Source: Entomortierella parvispora E1425
Lineage: Eukaryota; Fungi; Mortierellomycota
Direction of reading: 5' to 3'
Assembly: GCA_020891255.1 (NCBI GenBank)
Contig: BQFW01000015.1
Span: 372,001-436,000 of the forward strand
DNA: 64,000 nucleotides
A model generated the notes under the pieces. The model did not search any database. It was not told the origin of the DNA and saw only the letters and a list, made by a program, of their open reading frames with translations. Positions 37,898 to 50,578 of the stretch are shown piece by piece. Each line of letters starts with the position of its first letter. Position 1 is the stretch's first letter. The translations under genes and the position numbers were made by a program.

Positions 37898-39792
37898 TTA
37901 TGCGGACACCTTGACAGGTCTTGTCGTCGTCATCGTCGTCTTGAGCAGTGGCTTTTCTTCTTGCACCTGCGTGGCATCTTCCTCTTCTTGCTCCTTCTCC
38001 TCCTCTTCCTCCTCCTCGGGCTCCTCCTCACTTCGCACATCCTCGCTGTTTTCGCCCTTGAGCACCTTCATCACCACGCGAGCAATCATGGCCAGCCAGA
38101 ACAACAACAACGCATACAGCGCACAGAGCAAGATTTGGAATCCTGTCAACACCCTCGTCGTAAGATAATAGCCCTCGGCCGGGTTCCACTCGTTCGTAAA
38201 CTTGGGTGCCTCCACAAAGCAGGACCAGATGATGATGCCATAGTAATAGTGTCGAGACATGATCCAGGTCACCACAAAGAACACAAACCCGACATCCGCA
38301 GTCTTGTCCTTGTGCATGTACTTGAGCATCTTGCACACCGCCAACACGATGTCCGAGAAATCCATCGCACAGAGCACGGCATGCCCAACCGATGTCAAGT
38401 TGAAGGAATACGAGAACCCAATGAGGAGACAGGTCACGATATGATGGATCATAAACTCCAAAAAGTCCTTGCGCCGCTTCTCAATGCCCAGGATCGCCAA
38501 CAGGAGCTGTTGCAGCCAGAACGCAAACTGGATCAGATAGTACCATTTCATTGTCCCGCTCAACAACGTCTTTGGGTAATCGTGCCAGTAGAAAGAGGTG
38601 TCGGACCAGTACTGGGAATGGTACAATAAGCACTATTTTGCATCAAGAGGGAGGGGGAAACCGTTAGAGGCTGGGGGATCTTCACAGCTATCCCTATTCA
38701 ACGCACATTGAATAGAGTAGAGGGAGCAGATAATAGAAGAAAAAAAGTGCGGCAGTCGGAACAGGAATGCAAGATGAGCAACGGAAAAAAGGTACTTACC
38801 ATGCCAAACGTCCACATGCAGCCGTCGTAAATCACCAACCAGCCCTGCTCAGCAAATCTCAACAGCTTTCCCTCGCGTGCATGCTGTTCCTTCTTGAGCT
38901 TCATTCTCGCCTCCCTTTGTGATTTCTCCGATGGGGCCTTCTTGCCTACACCAGTGGACGACAATGTGGGTGAGGAGACGGAAGCGGGAGAAGAGGCCGC
39001 GGCCTTCTTGGGAGGTTTGCCCCCGACTCCGAACGCTTGACCCAGGGGGATGAGCAGATAGGTCATGGCCGCCTCTCGGACAGCAGTCCAGATCATAACC
39101 CAGACGAGAACCATGTATAAATCATCCCAGCCCTTGCCGTACAGCACCTCTGTCTCGCCCGTCTTTGGATCCTTCACAATTTGTTGATACTGCAACGCCA
39201 GCGCTCGTGAGGACCAGGCTTTGTTCGGATCATAGGCGCCTGACTTTGGCGTCCATTTCTTGACCATGGCATGACCGCCCAGCGTCACATTGGTCCAGCT
39301 CAGAGGCAAGCGCTCCCACAGTGGAGGCGGGATCAACGCATTCATGCTGCCAATCCAGTCGACCGAGTGTCCATCTCGGGCTTCTTTCGAGACAATGAGC
39401 ATATGGGAGGCCACGACGGCCAAGATGACGGAGCAGGAGAGGACTAGTTGATGTTGGATTAGGAACGAGGCCCAGGTCTGATCGGGGACGGGTCGCTCCG
39501 TGGGGATCAAGAATCCATCGACGTTGTACTTGTAAATGGGCTGCGTAGGGTCGACCTCGTGGCCGTGATCGACCTCAATATAACGGGGGGCGCCCTCTGG
39601 CGGGGAGGGAGAGCGTCCTCTGGTGGGGTCGTGGTGATGATGCCTCCTGTGGTGGTAGTGGTGGGGCTGTCCGGTCTCACTGTCGATACTTGCTTTGCGA
39701 CGGAACGAGTTGGCTCGATCGCGTGCTGTCATGGGAGGGCGCAGGGAGGGCGAAGACGACGAGCCCAGGCCCGCGTCTTGAAGATTGGCCAT
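37898..39792 (-). CDS. LAG1: Ceramide synthase (TLC domain, Lag1/Lac1 family), exons 39792-38800 and 38632-37898
   Basis: YGKGWDDLY, RFAEQGWLVIY, YYLIQFAFWLQQ, Lag1 motif RRKDFLEFMIHHIVTCLLIGFSY...DFSDIVLAVCKMLKY. The LAG1 versus LAC1 subclade is not resolved. Confidence 0.9.
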
Positions 39793-40473
39793 TGGTTGAA
39801 TACGGGGCTGCTATTCAGCGAGAGACGGAAGGGGGAAGAGATGAAAGAGGACAAAGGGAGGAGAAGAGGAGATGAGAAGAAGAGAGGGAGAGAGAGTGGA
39901 GAGAAGGGAGAGTAGGGAGGCGAAAGAGAAGTAAGAAAGAAAGGAAAAAGAGAAACGAACAAGAAAGTTGAAGGAGTGCTTGCGAATGGAGAGAATAAAT
40001 GTAAAAAAAAAAAAAAAAAAAAAAGTTCGCGACATCCCGCTTTGGGTTCGTCATCATCGTCGGTTTTTCTTTTTTGTCTTTTCTTGCTGTCCAGTCCCCT
40101 TGCTTCCCTTGTCTTTACCAAGTCTCTTGCATTGTCTTTGCGCAGAAAGTGGTCTTCCTCACCAAGGGGGGAAGAATACTTTATCCCTCGTCTTCTTTCT
40201 CTCTACCCGACACCATTGCCTTGCCATGTGCGTTAGCGCCTTTGCCCCCGCGCTCAGGTCCCAACCTTGCGATCCTCTCTGTCCTCTCTCTCTTCCTATC
40301 TGATTCCCGCCCTCGTTATTTGCCCTCGTTCCCCTTTCCACCCGTTCAGTGGCATTCCCCCGTCCTTGAATTCACTTATTCATTATTGTCCTGGCTTGCC
40401 CTCACTTCTAACGGGCGACGGCAACAAAAATACAAGTGGTTCACAATCCTCAATCATCCTAATCCTCCTATTC

Positions 40474-40504
<31 letters not shown>

Positions 40505-40844
40505 GTTTCCTGAATCTTCACTTGCTTGCTGAAAAGAACTGTCTTCTTCCTTCCTTGCCTGCCTGCGCAATGATCCCTTTCATCTCGTTTCCATCCCTCG
40601 GCCTCTCTCTTTTGTTTTTCTTTTCCTCTTTTCCCCCCTCCCGAGTATTTGTCACCAAGTAGCGCAGCTCTTTTTGTTGTTCGTTGATTTCCTTTTTTGC
40701 GCCATCCTTTTCAACTTCTTTCTCCGCAAAGTCACCTTGGTGATTGTCGGTCGCATTGGGGAACAAGGTTCATCGTGCTTCCGGACAGTTTTTATCCGAA
40801 AACTAAAAAAACCCTCGGCAAAAAAAAAGGAGCGGAAAAAGAGC

Positions 40845-43418
40845 TCAGTCCACCATGGCGATGGTCGGCGCTGGCCGTTCTTTATTGTAAGGGTGCGGCA
40901 ATTGAGCAGTTGATGACAACGGCAAACTGGATTGCTGCACAGGGGCTGTTGCTGAGAGATTCCCAGGCTTTGGCTTTGTCTCGATCCCCTGACTCTCCTT
41001 GCCTGTCAATTGCTTGCCAATTTCAATAGCAACGTTGCGTGCCACGGGGACACCCGACTTGATCTGCATCAACCAAAAGAAATAAACAAAAGGAGCGAAC
41101 AAACAAATAAATGGCCCATGGTCAGTTACCCCGCTAAAGCAACCAAAAATCAACTTTCCGGATTGTGTCGTTGCTATTCCTGTTCTTGCTGCTGTTGACA
41201 AGGTTATGTGCTTACCACCAAATCTGCCATCTCAAAGATCTCGGCCTTGAGTTTATCATTGGCTGCAATCGGTTTCAAAGAGTCTGCAGAGACAGCGGGG
41301 TCAGCTTGACCCAAGAGAAGACCAATAACATGTAATCGCACGAATGGAGGGAGTTCTTTCTATGAATCCACCATCAAAGATATCCGGAGAGTTTGTTTTT
41401 AGTTCATGTATTTTGTGGAGAGGTACCACAAAGACTGCCCCGAGATAGCTCGACATACCTGATCTACTGTTTCTCTGACACGCCTCCTCAATACCGAAGG
41501 GCTGGAGAGTATGCCTGCTTCGGTGGGATAGAGAGCAGCTGATATTGGTGCCCAACATTTCGCAAACGACTTTACAATTTCTCTGAACGGAGGTGGTTTT
41601 GGCGGACTATTGCCTATCATTGTAGCCCTCGCTATCTCTATGTCAGCTTCTTCAAACTGCCTTTGGTAATGGCGATGAAAACGTGACAGCATATCCAAGG
41701 TATCATCTAGAGCTGCCTTCATCAACGAACTCTTGTTCCGATTCCACTAAAAAGACGACAGGGCAACGAGTTAGAGCAAAGGCAATAAAGTGGATATCGG
41801 AACTGTGAAGATCCGCCTTCTTAAGTAGCATACCATTTTCAGATCTTCAGTGACGCCCCGTATGCATCCCATACACTTTGCAAAGCTCCAACGCAAAGAC
41901 GATTGATCTTTAGCATTATCTGGCAGGGAGGGAGTTTCGATCGAATCTGAATCAAGCTCGATGATAAGTGGTCCTCTCCTGGGTATTGTCTGCGTGACTG
42001 AAGATTTCTTTATCCGCTCCTCTTCCTCTTCTTCGAGCTCAATCTCACGCAACGCTCCCTTGGTCAAGGTCTGGGACAAAGAAATGGCTAGTTGGAAAGC
42101 GAGGCCAGTCAGTCGTGTCATCGAAGAAATTCCGTCGCTTGCAACGGCCCTTCATATGGAAAATAAAAAGCCGCTAAAGTTAGATATTTGGGTCAATGCG
42201 AGCATCCTCCAAGGCTCAAGGCCATACACAAAAGACGAAGTTACCCGTCATGTCGTGTGATATGCGAGAGATGTGAAATCAGATTCGCCAAGATTGGTCC
42301 GTCGAATGGAGCACACATATCTTCTCCGGTTTTCATGCTTTTCTTCAGCTCCTGCCCCTTCGTTCCAGCAGTCAGATCCTCCTTTGGTTCAATGATCTCA
42401 ATTGCACTCCCTTTTCCTCGTTCTCCACGAGTTTCGGGTATATCCAAGAAGTTGACACTGTTTTTGGATTTGTCTGACTCCTTTGGTGGCTTTTCCATGG
42501 CGGTGCGGGGCTCCTCCTTGTCATTTTCCAACATTCTCTTGTGTCGCGTGGATAGAGCGTGTTCCAATGCCAAAAGGGCAGATAGCTTCCGCTTTTTGTC
42601 TTCTGTTTTAGGTCCCATTTCCAGAGCCAGTCCTTGAATAATAATAGATCGACAGGGATGATCAAGCAACTGCCAATCTAAAAGCAAGAACGAGATCTTT
42701 TTCGCATTCTCATCCGATTTCTTCATTATCTAGTAGAAAATGGTGGGAAATAGAGATGTAAATAAGCTGGGAAGAGGAAGATCAAGACTATGACTCCAGT
42801 GGACAGTTTTCCTTCCATCCTATTGTTCCTAGTTGACTTCATTATCCCCATGCACATCTGAACTCACCTTGTCCAGAAACGGCCTCAAGATTTCCGCTGA
42901 TCGTATTACAGCCAAGGGTGTATCCTGCTCCGCGTACTGGACATAGTCTACCAAAGTCTGAAGCGATTTGGACAATACATCTACAAGGCAGATAGAAAAA
43001 GGAACTTCAGAACATGCTAATTTCTACTTGGTCCAGTTCCTACTGGACTGAAGGGAAGACGTCAAATATAAGACTCACTGTCTGTATCCAGGGCCAGTAA
43101 GGCCTTTCGAATAGTCGACCTTGTCGCTTGAAAAATAACAAGGAACGCCTGCCCTAGACTTTGTGATGGGACCTTTGGTGCTGTCCTCACTGATGATGGC
43201 GTTACTGTTATCGTTTGTTGCTGTACTTGTTGTTGCGATGGACTTTGCTCCAGTTTGCTGATGGGCGATGGAGTAGTGGACTGAATCAAAGTAGGCTGAC
43301 TGGCGGAGACAGATGGGGTCCTGCCAATGCGGGTTGTTGATCTCGCCTCCAGTAAAAATCCAGTGTCCGGGGCCCTGTCCTTGTCGGAGCCTATCTCAGA
43401 GATGAGAAAGCGATTCAT
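40845..43418 (-). CDS. Multi-exon hypothetical, predominantly alpha-helical protein (~600 aa), function unknown
   Basis: Seven segments join in frame through GT-AG introns: MNRFLISE...DTD|NVLSK...FLDK|IMKKS...HDG|AVASD...LKM|WNRNK...VDQ|KELPPFVRLHV...DLV|IKSGV...MVD*. No family recognised. Confidence 0.62.
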
Positions 43419-43709
43419 GATTCCAGAAAAGATGGAAGGAAGGAATGCAGTTGCATGCTTCCATGCAAGTGCGCGGAGGCAACTGATTTTTTTTTTTATT
43501 TTTTAGTGGCGCACGCGCGAGTTGCGTCTTGGGGCTGTGCCGTGCCTGGCTCGATTTTTTTTTTTTTTTTTTTTTTTTGTGAATGCAATGGTGCCGGCGT
43601 ATCCCGCGTGCCTTCGTCCTTACTTTTCATGAAACGTTTTACGTTTTACTTTTAGATCATTGGAGATTATGGAAGAGAGTTATGGACTGGGGTCATGCCA
43701 GGCGCAGGC

Positions 43710-45000
43710 CTACTCCTGGAACAGCGCTGCAGCAATCTCCGGGTTCTTTTGGTGACCTTTTTCAACGGCTTTTCTCATCTTCACAATCGCCTCCGCTGTC
43801 CAGTCAAACTTGATATCAGGAGTCGCAAACGACAACGGTCCATCCACCACCTGGTCCTTCAAATGCTTTCTCTCTTCCGATGACTTGTCGACCAGTCCAC
43901 CCTCTGATAAGGTGTCATTCAGCAGCCCACCAATATCCCCTTGATAAAAATGACTCGGGTTGCGAGAATGCCACTCTGAGGACAATCGAATGGAAAACTC
44001 GTAAAAAAAATCTTGTTTTATCTTGTACGCTGCGTTGCGATCCATGTAGTTATCGCTCTCGTACCCTCCCAAATCATCCTTCAACTGGGCCACAGTGACG
44101 TGCGAGACACCTTCGCAGGTCAGGAGAGATCTCACCTTCTCGTGAAGAGACTGGGTCTGTTGCATGAACCCAATCTCCTCCAGTCCCTGTTGCACAGGGT
44201 CCGGCGCAAACTTGACGACGTACGGAAAGAGGGCCATCGCTTTTTCCAATCGTCGAAGACGAAACTTGTATAGAAGCTGAGGCTCGTTCTTTTCAGTCCA
44301 CGTTCTCGGGCGAATATTTGATTGCATCTTGCTTAAGCGCATCCTCTCCTTTCGGCGCATTTTGTACTCAAGCTCAAGGGGTGAGGAAGGGTTCTCTTTC
44401 TCTCTTCGCTCCTCCTCCTCCTCTTCCTCCTGGTCCATCTTCTTTTCCTCCTCAAGCTCTTCATCGGTCAGCTCTACTGCAAAGTGAAAAGTCTCGTCCA
44501 TCATCACAGATTTGGCAAGAGGTCCAATGACAGGTTCGAACAGGTCGAACGATCTCTTGGTCAGGAAGATCTCCGAGGCATACTCCCGAAGAGTATCGAT
44601 CAGGTCGAGGGTCGAGCCCAGGATGCTGGCGCAATGGTCAGAGGCCACCTTTTCCGAAAATTGGCGGAAAGCCACTCGTTGCTGTTGAAAGAGTTGCTCT
44701 TCGTGGGGATTGCCAGGAATAATATTACGAAACACGGATTTCAGAGGACCTGTCGTCACCTCTCGCTCTACAATAAAGGACGTGAAGACCGATGAAGAGT
44801 TGAATGCGAAAATACAGGACAAATGGTTATTTTTGTTGCTCGGTTTTTCTTTCAGATAAGAGTCTTGGTCCAATTGTTCACAAACCGGCGTAGTAATTGC
44901 CACAACACAGGTCTCTCATAGGCATTGGAGCAGCAAGAGCTGAGGTCGCGCACACGAGTGCCAACGAGAGAAGAAGGACCAGGTTCTTGAAAAGGGGCAT
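43710..45000 (-). CDS. Secreted array protein copy A (signal exon + phase-1 intron + ~355 aa exon)
   Basis: Exon 1 MPLFKNLVLLLSLALVCATSALAAPMPMRDLCCGNYYA G|gtttgt; acceptor ttgtag|AG CGA GAG gives E-REVTTGP; open to ALFQE*. Confidence 0.82.
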
Positions 45001-45429
45001 CGTGTATTCTTCAAGCGTATTCTTTTGACCGTTATCCAAGTAACTTTGAGTTGATGAAGGGAGGCGCGGTTGACACAGGGAGAGGAATGAAGATGAATGG
45101 CATGAGGTATTTCTCCCATTGCTCTCTTGAATGGGGCGCGCGACATGTTGTCATCTGACCCTCTTTTTTTTTTTTTCTTTCTTTCTTTGGAAAGCGCCCC
45201 TTGTCGCGTCGCACAGTCTGTTTGCTTTCACGACTGGAGAGAAATCAACAAAGGTACTTTGAGAATAGGAGAAAACACTGTAGAGGAGTCGGGAGGCGAC
45301 ACAATGGTCATCTGCAAGACCAGGCTCAACGGTGCGGCAAAAAGAGTACTGCCGCTCGACACATTTGAATAGTCAACATCATGGAGTACATTCTCGTAGA
45401 AATTGGATAGGTGGGTCCTTATCTTCGGC

Positions 45430-46642
45430 CTATTCCTGGAACAGGAGGGCGGCAAGTTGTAGGTTCTTTTGATAACTTTTGAATGTAGCCCTGTATAGTT
45501 GCACCAACGCTTCCAAGGTCCACGAAAACTTGACTTCTGGTACCGAAAACAATGGCGTATATTCAATGGCCCGGTCACTTAGCTGCAGTCGATCTTCTGG
45601 GGGCGTTATGACTGGTGTCCAATCATTGAGAATGTTTCTCGCTTGGTCGCTCACCAGCACTTCATATGCAGAATGAAAAGATCTAACAGCCTTGTGTGCC
45701 GCATACCGATCCATGTAATTGTCGATCTCATATTCCATCCTGTCCTTCCATTGAACAGCTGTTAAGTGTGGTATACCCTCACAGGACAAAAGAGACCTGG
45801 TATCGTTCCGCAGGGCCTTGGTTTGTTGAATGAACCCACTGTCTTCCAACGCTTGCCGAACTGGATGAGGTGCAAACTTGAGCATGTAAGGGAGGATAGC
45901 CATATGTTTTTCCAAAATCCGGAGACGAAACTTGAACAGGAGCTGAGGGTCATTCTCCTCTGTCCAAGAGTACAAGCGTCGAACATTGTCATCCTTGTAT
46001 GCCTATCTTCTTTCTCGCGTTCTTTTTCTTCTGGAGAAAGAAAAGGTGGATAAGGGGTTCGTCTCTCCTCCTCCTCCTCGTCCACAATGTCCTCCCTTTT
46101 TCTTCCATCCCCAATCTCTACCTCCGATAAGAACTCCAAAAAGTTGGTTGTCTCGGCCATCGACAAAGATCCGACGAGAGGTTCAAGAACAAGCCTTAAG
46201 AAATCATACAATTCCTTATTCTGCAAGCAATCGTGGACAGAATCTCGTACAGGGTCGAGATGGTCAAGGGTGGATTTCAGGATGGTTGCGCAATGACTAG
46301 AGACCTCTTTTTCCAAAAAAACGATGGAACGCGGCCCTTTCCTGCTGCCAGCGTTGCTCTTTATGGTCACTCCATCTAAGAGTGCTACGATGTTTGAAAG
46401 GGCCGATTAATTCATTCAAGTCTACAGGAGGGAGCGTGAAAGGGGAAGCCAAGGGAAGAGAAAGATTGAAAGCATTGGTAGGAAAGGCGGTCAATATTGG
46501 TTGTCAATTGCTGCCTCCAAGAGAATATGGATAAGAGAATATGTGATAGAAGATGGTCAATACCAATGATGGTGGCGGTGGGTGCAGTTGGGGAAAAGAT
46601 CGCCAATGAAAATAGCAGAGCGGGGTTCTTGAGAAGGAGCAT
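45430..46642 (-). pseudogene. Secreted array protein copy B with two frameshifts
   Basis: Exon 1 MLLLKNPALLFSLAIF; exon 2 DLNELIGP...WQQERAAFHRF. Extra base in the T/A run at 46315-46321 and a second shift near 45975-46000. The remainder aligns to the family through LLFQE*. Confidence 0.8.
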
Positions 46643-47049
46643 CGCGCTTGCACGCGTGAACACTTTTTATAGAAGTGCAAATCACTTTGAGAGGGATGAA
46701 GAAACAGAATGGTGAACATGAGGCTTTTTCATTCTCACCCATTGGGGCGCGGGCGATCGCCATCTCTCCCATTTCTTCATTGGTCCATAGTCGCACAAAC
46801 GGGCTCGCTGTGCCTTGCTTCATTTTATGGTTGCAAGCCAATGTCGCGGGTTTACGTGTCCGTCCTGCGCTCTCTTCTCTCTCCGAACAACTGCTTTTCG
46901 AGGCGCACTGAGGCAACAACGTTCAACTTTGTTGGAATTGAAAACTCGACCTTGTGGAGAGGTCAAGAACATTGATCAGCCCCTTTTTTGAGGCATAAAT
47001 AATATCATTTAAAAATGTTAGACTAATATTTATTACAATATTTTATGGG

Positions 47050-47130
47050 TGATCATATTTTGGTGCACATCAAAAAATCGATCTTTGGTGCAAAAAAAAA
47101 TATCTAAGCCACCGAAGTTTGGTGCACAAT
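47050..47130. repeat. Three TTTGGTGCA direct repeats in an AT-rich block; possible transposon subterminal region
   Basis: tttggtgca at ~47059, ~47084 and ~47118 after an AT-rich stretch (46995-47060). No matching opposite end found. Confidence 0.35.
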
Positions 47131-50100
47131 TTCGACGTGTCATCGGTCGCGTCTCTCGGTTCTATGTGTCTGAGCCTATGTGAATGAACAAGGACTCGAT
47201 CCTGATGTTAGGGTATCATCCTTCAAGACCGCGATCAAGGTCATGGAGAAACTCCACAAGACTTTTTCTCGCGCAGCTCGCGTAAATCTCGAAGCCATGG
47301 ACTATGTTGAAGCGTTCTGCGATAGAAAGCCTGCCAACATCAGCACGGTGAAAAGGTCTACGTGCTCGATCAAAATGAGCACCCCCCCCCCCCACACACA
47401 CACACACCCCTCTGAGGCGCGACATGTGTGCTCATGGCGGTCTCATGAAATGAAGCATGCTCGCATGAACCCATGCTAGCGGCTGATTGTCAATGACGAT
47501 GGCCAAAAGGAGAAACGAGTGGAGAGTGCATCTATGTCAGCCATGGGAGGGCGAGTGGCTGCACAGATCGGATCCCAGCGAGGAGCGAAAGAAAGATAAA
47601 GTGGAGACGTTCCTCACGAGCTCCACAACAGTCTTGACTCTGTCTCCATTCTGCATGACAACACGCATTAGCCCAGAGAGTGAGAGAATCGCACGCCAAC
47701 ATGTCAGTCCACCATTGATATGGCTGGTTGCGTTGATGCGACGGTCATGCAGCACAGGGATATCCACACCGAGGCCGTGGGCTCGTGGAATGAACCTGGC
47801 ACGCGTTGTTGACAATTAAGGAGCGCTGGACCCTTGCACCCTGCTTGCATGGTCATCATAAAAAGCCGTTTTTTTTCTCTCCTTCCTTTTCCTTCCTTTC
47901 CTTCTTTCTTCACCCATCCCACCTTCCACTTCCCAACTACCTACCACACATCTTCACTTATACTTTAAGTTCTCTGCTTGCACATACTGTCTGTTACGTC
48001 TTGGAGATCCTTGTCTCTGTACTTACCTTGTTCTCGCGATACTCGGTTCGTTCACTGCCATGCTCCAAGACTCGGCAAGAAAGCCTTCAGGGAAGCACCA
48101 AAGGTAACTTCACGCTCCCCTCTCTACCCTACCCCGGACAACACCCTTCTCTGTCACAACCTTTGGTCGGTAGCTCTTCCTTTGAGCGTGGCGGGAAGTG
48201 TGGGCTGGTCCCTTGTTGAAAGTCAACGGCTCTGGGGTGATGCCCAAGCCCAGTGATCTTCTACTCGGGGCCAGTTTAGATCTTTGAGGATAATACCCAA
48301 GTCTTTGTCTGGTTGAGAGTCGCAAGGCCCAAGTAGATGTGTGAGTATCTACTTTGACCTGAAGTTCACCGGTGTGAGTTGAAGAGAGCTCCTGTCCTTT
48401 TTTGTTGTGCTTTTTTGAGGACGAGCTCTCTTCTCTCCAATACAAAGTAAGGGTGACAGCTCTGTGTGGCTGACCGTGGACTTTTTGAGGATTCCCTTTT
48501 CACATGAGGGAGTATGAGGACTTCATTAGTGCGGTCAGAAGGTATGTCTTGAGGGAAGAGTTTGTATTGTCGGCGAGTTCTTTCACGGCCACTGCGTAGC
48601 GGCGCTGAAACGAGCATCCTCGTATCCCAGCCGAGCTGACGAGAGGAGTGCGGTGTGCTAGTTGCCAGTGTAGTATGTTCCTCTCGAAGGGCTGCTCACT
48701 TTATTATTGAGGCTTCGGACCCGATCACCACTGCCGATTGTCAGAAGAGTTACCTGAACAAGGACGTAAACCTCCCTCCTTGGTCGATGATACAAATGAC
48801 CTATGCACTATTGACATGAAGGCGCTACGTCCGCCGGATCTCTACTTGACTTAGGGGAAGGTCGGGTATAAGGTGGCAAGGTTGTCGGCGAGATCAGTTC
48901 TCTGAGAAGGATACCGGTCAAACGGTTCCAGAAGGAGCCTCGTAAGTTCATGAAGGAGATGAATCGTCTGAACAAGACACGTCCTTGATGTTCCTCACGA
49001 TGATGGGTTGCCACCCCACATTTTTTGGGATGCGAAAGGTCTGCCGCCTGCTCGTTGGCGCATCCTGCACAGCTTCGGTTCTTTGATCAAAAGAACTGGG
49101 GTTGACTGAGAGCAGACCACTAGATAGAAATGACAAATACAATAAACATACAGACAGTTGAACAATGAAACTACTCTTGGTCCCAAAGAATGCACTCGCT
49201 GTCAATGAGCAACAACAATGGCGACATGAAGGTCAATGTTCATGTGGGATCAGCTCCATTTCGCACGCACGCATAAGCTGAAAAGCCATTTTCTCACGCC
49301 ATGTGAAAGCTGAAATGTTGAAAGAATGGCAAGAGTGCATTGCATTACCTCGTTCTGAATGAACATTCCCCCTCGAGGTTGCCATGCATCCATTGTCTGT
49401 CCCAGGAACGGTTCATGTGCCTTCCATTCCGAAACAAGCGACTTCGCCCAAACGAGTGTGCTCAGACCGCGTGGCTCTCCGCCCAGGGTGTGGGGTTAGA
49501 ACTGATTCTTGATCCGCACGTTTATTTGCATTAAGGTGATGAGTGTGTTCCCTCTTTTGAACGAAGGCGGGGTTCGGCGGTGATGAGCCGTTAAAAAGAG
49601 GCGGCTGCAGTGGGGAAGAGATTTTGCTATCAGAGCTATGAATCTGAGTCCCATCTGTGTCTCGCAGCATCATCTCCCTGCAAGCATCTTGATTGTCTTT
49701 CACTTCTTGGATGCAACCTTCGATCGCAACGCTCTTGCTGGAGTACCTGTGAATTCGCCCTCAAAGAAGAGAGGGTTTCTTAAAGAGCAGTATCATGTTT
49801 TGCTCATCCAGTGAATGATTGATTGGTTCGAGAGGACTGATAAAGACAAGATGAACAAGGCTTCTTTGCTAGTGAACGCGAGTCTCTGGGGTCCAGCGGA
49901 CTTAATGTTCATCCATGTCTTCTTCAGTTCCACGCACTTCCAAAGGGGAGGTAGAGCAGTCCACACCTTCTCTTGGTTGTCCATATCTTCCAAGACTAAG
50001 AGATTTTAAAACACACGCCGGCTCTCCAGGCATTACGCTGAGGCTCGTCGGCGAGGAAGACTGACGGCAAGATTGTCGTCAACACCAGTTTTTTCAATGT

Positions 50101-50578
50101 GAAGCGTCGGCACCGAATCCAGGGCCTCTTCATCTCCACAAAAAAAAAAAAAAAAGGAAGGGGAGGGGTTTAGAACAATGAGAAGAAAAAGTGTTTAAGT
50201 TCACAGCTCGACTGATCATCTACTCGAATCAATAACATCCAGACGTGAATCTCCTCGTGCAGGGGCAGTTGCTGTAGTCAGGACAGGACTTGGATTCTCG
50301 AAGGGTGTTGTCGCTTGAACGCAACTTTTTTTTTTTTTTTTTTTTTTTTTTTGCAGGCGAGTCGTACATGGAAGTATCTGCTATGCATTTTTAGGGCCAT
50401 GAACGCTTCCTTCCTCTAAAATGGCGAGTTGATCGAGGGTAAATGTGATGTGACGAATAAGGACCTGTTCATCTCCAAACAACCGTCCACCTTTAACCGC
50501 ATTCCTTTATTTCTCTTCCTAACTACGATGGTATTGTTCTACACGAGAAGGGCAGGGAGTTATGGTTGGATGGGTCGC

